The notes below the pieces were generated by a model, which was given only the letters and a program-made list of their open reading frames with translations, did no database searches and was not told where the DNA came from. A program made the translations under genes and the position numbers. 64,000 nucleotides of DNA from an uncultured Actinomycetes bacterium (GTDB lineage Bacteria > Actinomycetota > UBA4738 > HRBIN12). How positions within the stretch are numbered: position 1 is the stretch's first letter; the number at the start of each line of letters is the position of its first letter. The stretch is taken from the NCBI GenBank assembly GCA_963704725.1, contig OY969934.1, positions 2,688,001 through 2,752,000 of the forward strand, in the 5' to 3' direction. Of this stretch, positions 61,282 through 64,000 are shown piece by piece.

Positions 61282-62868
61282 CTAGTTGCGCGGGCGGTAC
61301 TCGCCGAACGCGGCTCGGAGCACGTCCGAGACCTCGCCGAGGGTCGCCCTGCGCCACAGGGCCTCGCGCATCGGCAGCAGGAGGTTCCCCTCGCCCCGCG
61401 CAACATCCTCCACCTCGGCGAGTGCGTTCCGGACGGCCTCGGCGTCGCGGTCGGCGCGGAAGGCCCGGAGCCGCTCGACCTGCCGGGCCACCTCCTCCTC
61501 ACCGAGCCGCTGCAGCTCGACGGGACGCTCCTCCGCGTCGACGAAGCGGTTCAGCCCGACCACGACGCGATCGCCGGACTCGACGCCCCGCTGGATCCGG
61601 AACGCGGCCTCGTGGATCTCGTCCTGGTAGAAGCCGGCCTCGATCGCGGCGACGGCGCCGCCCAGGCGGTCGATCCGTTCGAGGTACGCGTTCGCGCCCG
61701 CCTCGACCTCGTCCGTGAGCGCCTCCACGAAGTACGCACCGCCGAGCGGGTCGGCCACGCTCGCCAGGCCGGTCTCGTGGCCGATGACCTGTTGGGTCCG
61801 TAGGGCCGTCTTGGCGGCGCGCTCGGTTGGGAGCGCCAGGGCCTCGTCGAACGCGTTCGTGTGCAGCGACTGTGTGCCGCCGAGGACCGCCGCGACCGCC
61901 TCGAGGGCCGTGCGCACCACGTTGTTCTCGGGCTGCTGCGCCGTCAGGGTGGCGCCGCCCGTCTGCGTGTGGAACCGGAGCATCAGGCTGCGGGGCTCGG
62001 TCGCGCCGAAGCGCCCGGCCATGATCCGAGCCCACATCCGGCGCGCGGCGCGGAACTTCGCCACCTCCTCGAACACGTTCATGTGGCAGGCGAAGAAGAA
62101 GGACAGGCGCGGCGCGAACTCGTCCAGGGCCAGCCCGGCGTCGAGCGCCGCCTGCACGTACGCGATGCCGTTCGCGAGCGTGAACGCGACCTCCTGCACC
62201 GCCGTCGCCCCCGCCTCCCGCATGTGGTAGCCGCTGATCGAGATCGTGTTCCAACGGGGGATCCGCTCGCCGCAGTACGCGAAGAGGTCGGTGATCAGCC
62301 GCATCGACGGTTGGGGCGGGTAGATGTACGTGCCGCGCGCGGCGTACTCCTTGAGGAGGTCGTTCTGCACGGTGCCCGTCAGCGCCGACGCCGCGATCCC
62401 GCGCTCCTCGGCCACCAGCTCGTACAGCAGCAGCAGGATCGGCGCCGTCGCGTTGATCGTCATCGAGGTGGACACGAGGTCCAGAGGGATCCGGTCGAAG
62501 AGCCGGCGCAGGTCGTCGATCGTGTCGATCGCCACGCCGGTCCGCCCGACCTCCCCTTCGGCGCGGGGGTGGTCGGAGTCCAGCCCCATCTGCGTCGGCA
62601 GGTCGAACGCCACGGAGACCCCGGTTTGCCCGTGCTCGAGGAGGTAGCGGAAGCGCCGGTTCGTCTCCTCTGCCGTGCCCATGCCCGCGTACTGGCGCAT
62701 CGTCCACAGGCGCTCCCGGTACCCCTCGACACGGACGCCTCGCGTGAACGGGACCTCGCCCGGCCGCCCGAGGTCGCGCGCCGGATCAAGGCTCGAGACG
62801 TCCCCGACTCGGTAGACGGGCTTCAGCTCGATGCCCGAGTCCGTGACACGTCGATCGACGCCGTCCAT
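61282..62868 (-). CDS. Methylmalonyl-CoA mutase, substrate-binding (large) subunit
   Basis: [35 protein letters not shown]; no B12-binding DxHxxG domain. Confidence 0.93.
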   Translation of the reverse strand: MDGVDRRVTDSGIELKPVYRVGDVSSLDPARDLGRPGEVPFTRGVRVEGYRERLWTMRQYAGMGTAEETNRRFRYLLEHGQTGVSVAFDLPTQMGLDSDHPRAEGEVGRTGVAIDTIDDLRRLFDRIPLDLVSTSMTINATAPILLLLYELVAEERGIAASALTGTVQNDLLKEYAARGTYIYPPQPSMRLITDLFAYCGERIPRWNTISISGYHMREAGATAVQEVAFTLANGIAYVQAALDAGLALDEFAPRLSFFFACHMNVFEEVAKFRAARRMWARIMAGRFGATEPRSLMLRFHTQTGGATLTAQQPENNVVRTALEAVAAVLGGTQSLHTNAFDEALALPTERAAKTALRTQQVIGHETGLASVADPLGGAYFVEALTDEVEAGANAYLERIDRLGGAVAAIEAGFYQDEIHEAAFRIQRGVESGDRVVVGLNRFVDAEERPVELQRLGEEEVARQVERLRAFRADRDAEAVRNALAEVEDVARGEGNLLLPMREALWRRATLGEVSDVLRAAFGEYRPRN

Positions 62869-62916
62869 GACCGCCAGCGTACCGAGGGGCGCCCGCCTCC
62901 GGGAGCGGTGCCGGGT

Positions 62917-63486
62917 TCACCAAAGCCTGTCGATCGAGCCGGAGAAGAGCTCCACGCGCGCCCCGATGAACCCCTCCCTCGCAGCCTTCGCCTTCTGCGA
63001 GAAGAAGCACGCCATGGTCACCTTGTCGAACCGGTCGCTCGGGAACGGGTCCTCGCGCGTACCCCCGACGAGCACGGTCTCCGGGAGGTGCTCCCACCCG
63101 GCGGATGCATAGAGCTCCCGCAAGGGGGTGTCGCATGTGAAGATCCCGAGATCGGCGCCGCTCACCCGCATCGTCTCGCGCGCCACCCCGGCCAGCCGGC
63201 GCCCGAACCCGCGTCCGCGAACCGCGACGCCGGTGACCATGGCGCTGATGCCGCTCGCGCGATAGCTCGCCCCCCCGTGCACGATCTCCTTCGACAGGAT
63301 GTCCAGCGCGGAGACCACGCGCTCGTCATCGTCGAGCAGCAGCACGGAGAGCGGATCCTCGGCCGGGTCGTGCCAGGGTGCCGGGTCGAGCGCAGAGTCC
63401 GACGGCCATGCCTGATGCTGAAGAGCGACCACCTGCATTCGCAGGTCGTGAGGAACCTCGGCCTCGGCACAGACGACGATGCGCAC
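62917..63486 (-). CDS. GNAT acetyltransferase
   Basis: ISAMVTGVAVRGRGFGRRL, LYASAGW. Confidence 0.8.
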   Translation of the reverse strand: MRIVVCAEAEVPHDLRMQVVALQHQAWPSDSALDPAPWHDPAEDPLSVLLLDDDERVVSALDILSKEIVHGGASYRASGISAMVTGVAVRGRGFGRRLAGVARETMRVSGADLGIFTCDTPLRELYASAGWEHLPETVLVGGTREDPFPSDRFDKVTMACFFSQKAKAAREGFIGARVELFSGSIDRLW

Positions 63487-63622
63487 GCGGGGAGTTTCAC
63501 ACGGTCCACCCCCGACACCTGCCCGCATCGAACCCCCGCGACGAGCGGGATACGCTGACCCCGAAGTCGATGAGCTGTGTCGCCGGAGCCGGCGGCCGTG
63601 ATCAACCGACGGAGGTGCGCCG

Positions 63623-64000
63623 ATGGACATCGTGAATCCGCAGGTCGAGGGCTACATCGGGTCGCTCCTGGAGCGCTACGACGAGCCCGTCCTCCTCGAC
63701 ATGGAGGCTGAGGGCGCGGCGCGAGGCTTCCCGATCATCGGCCGCCTGTGCGGCGTCTGGCTCGAGCTCCTCGCGCGCTCGATCGGCGCCCGGCGCGTGT
63801 TCGAGCTCGGCTCCGGATTCGGCTTCTCGGCGTACTGGTTCGCCCGGGCCGTCGGTCCCGGCGGCGAGGTCCACGGCACCGACGGCGACCCGGCCAACGA
63901 GCCGAAGGCGCTCGACTACCTGGGGCGCGCCGGCGTCGGCGACCGGATCCGCTGGCACGTCGGCGACGCCCTGGAGAGCTTCGCGGCCGAGGGCGGCGAG
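63623..64000 (+). CDS. SAM-dependent O-methyltransferase (partial)
   Basis: Manual translation MDIVNPQVEGY...GFPIIG...VFELGSGFGFSAYWFA; SD GGAGG. Confidence 0.85.
   Translation, partial: MDIVNPQVEGYIGSLLERYDEPVLLDMEAEGAARGFPIIGRLCGVWLELLARSIGARRVFELGSGFGFSAYWFARAVGPGGEVHGTDGDPANEPKALDYLGRAGVGDRIRWHVGDALESFAAEGGE

Noticed and set aside
62917-63486. Aminoglycoside resistance gene
   Set aside because: Only a generic GNAT motif; no support for a specific substrate

Overview
High-GC window, probably from an actinobacterial chromosome (inferred from gene content and from many leaderless TANNNT promoters). The backbone is acyl-CoA and central metabolism: acnA, thiolases, hbd, ccr, mce, carboxylase beta/epsilon/alpha subunits, birA, a split methylmalonyl-CoA mutase and an F420 reductase. 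Five parts stand out. (1) A His-containing membrane ORF ending in RAPP (38865-39449), whose last codons can pair with the SD of a 7-gene copper-type operon; this is a candidate ribosome-arrest copper sensor. (2) A second leaderless ORF ending in HGPP (55544-55912), whose 3' codons form a multibranch structure over the SD of a 75-aa unknown gene. (3) A complete, translationally coupled archaeal-style nurA-herA-mre11-rad50 operon. (4) An IS110 whose bridge RNA guides, CT core and circle-junction promoter can be read from the sequence, inserted into the shared CTAG stop of two convergent genes. (5) A histidine-kinase-like gene lacking the phosphoacceptor His, a MazF with an in-frame internal deletion and a decayed vapBC. 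Frameshifts between about 16 and 24.5 kb may be sequencing errors. All calls come from motif recognition by eye; no searches were run.
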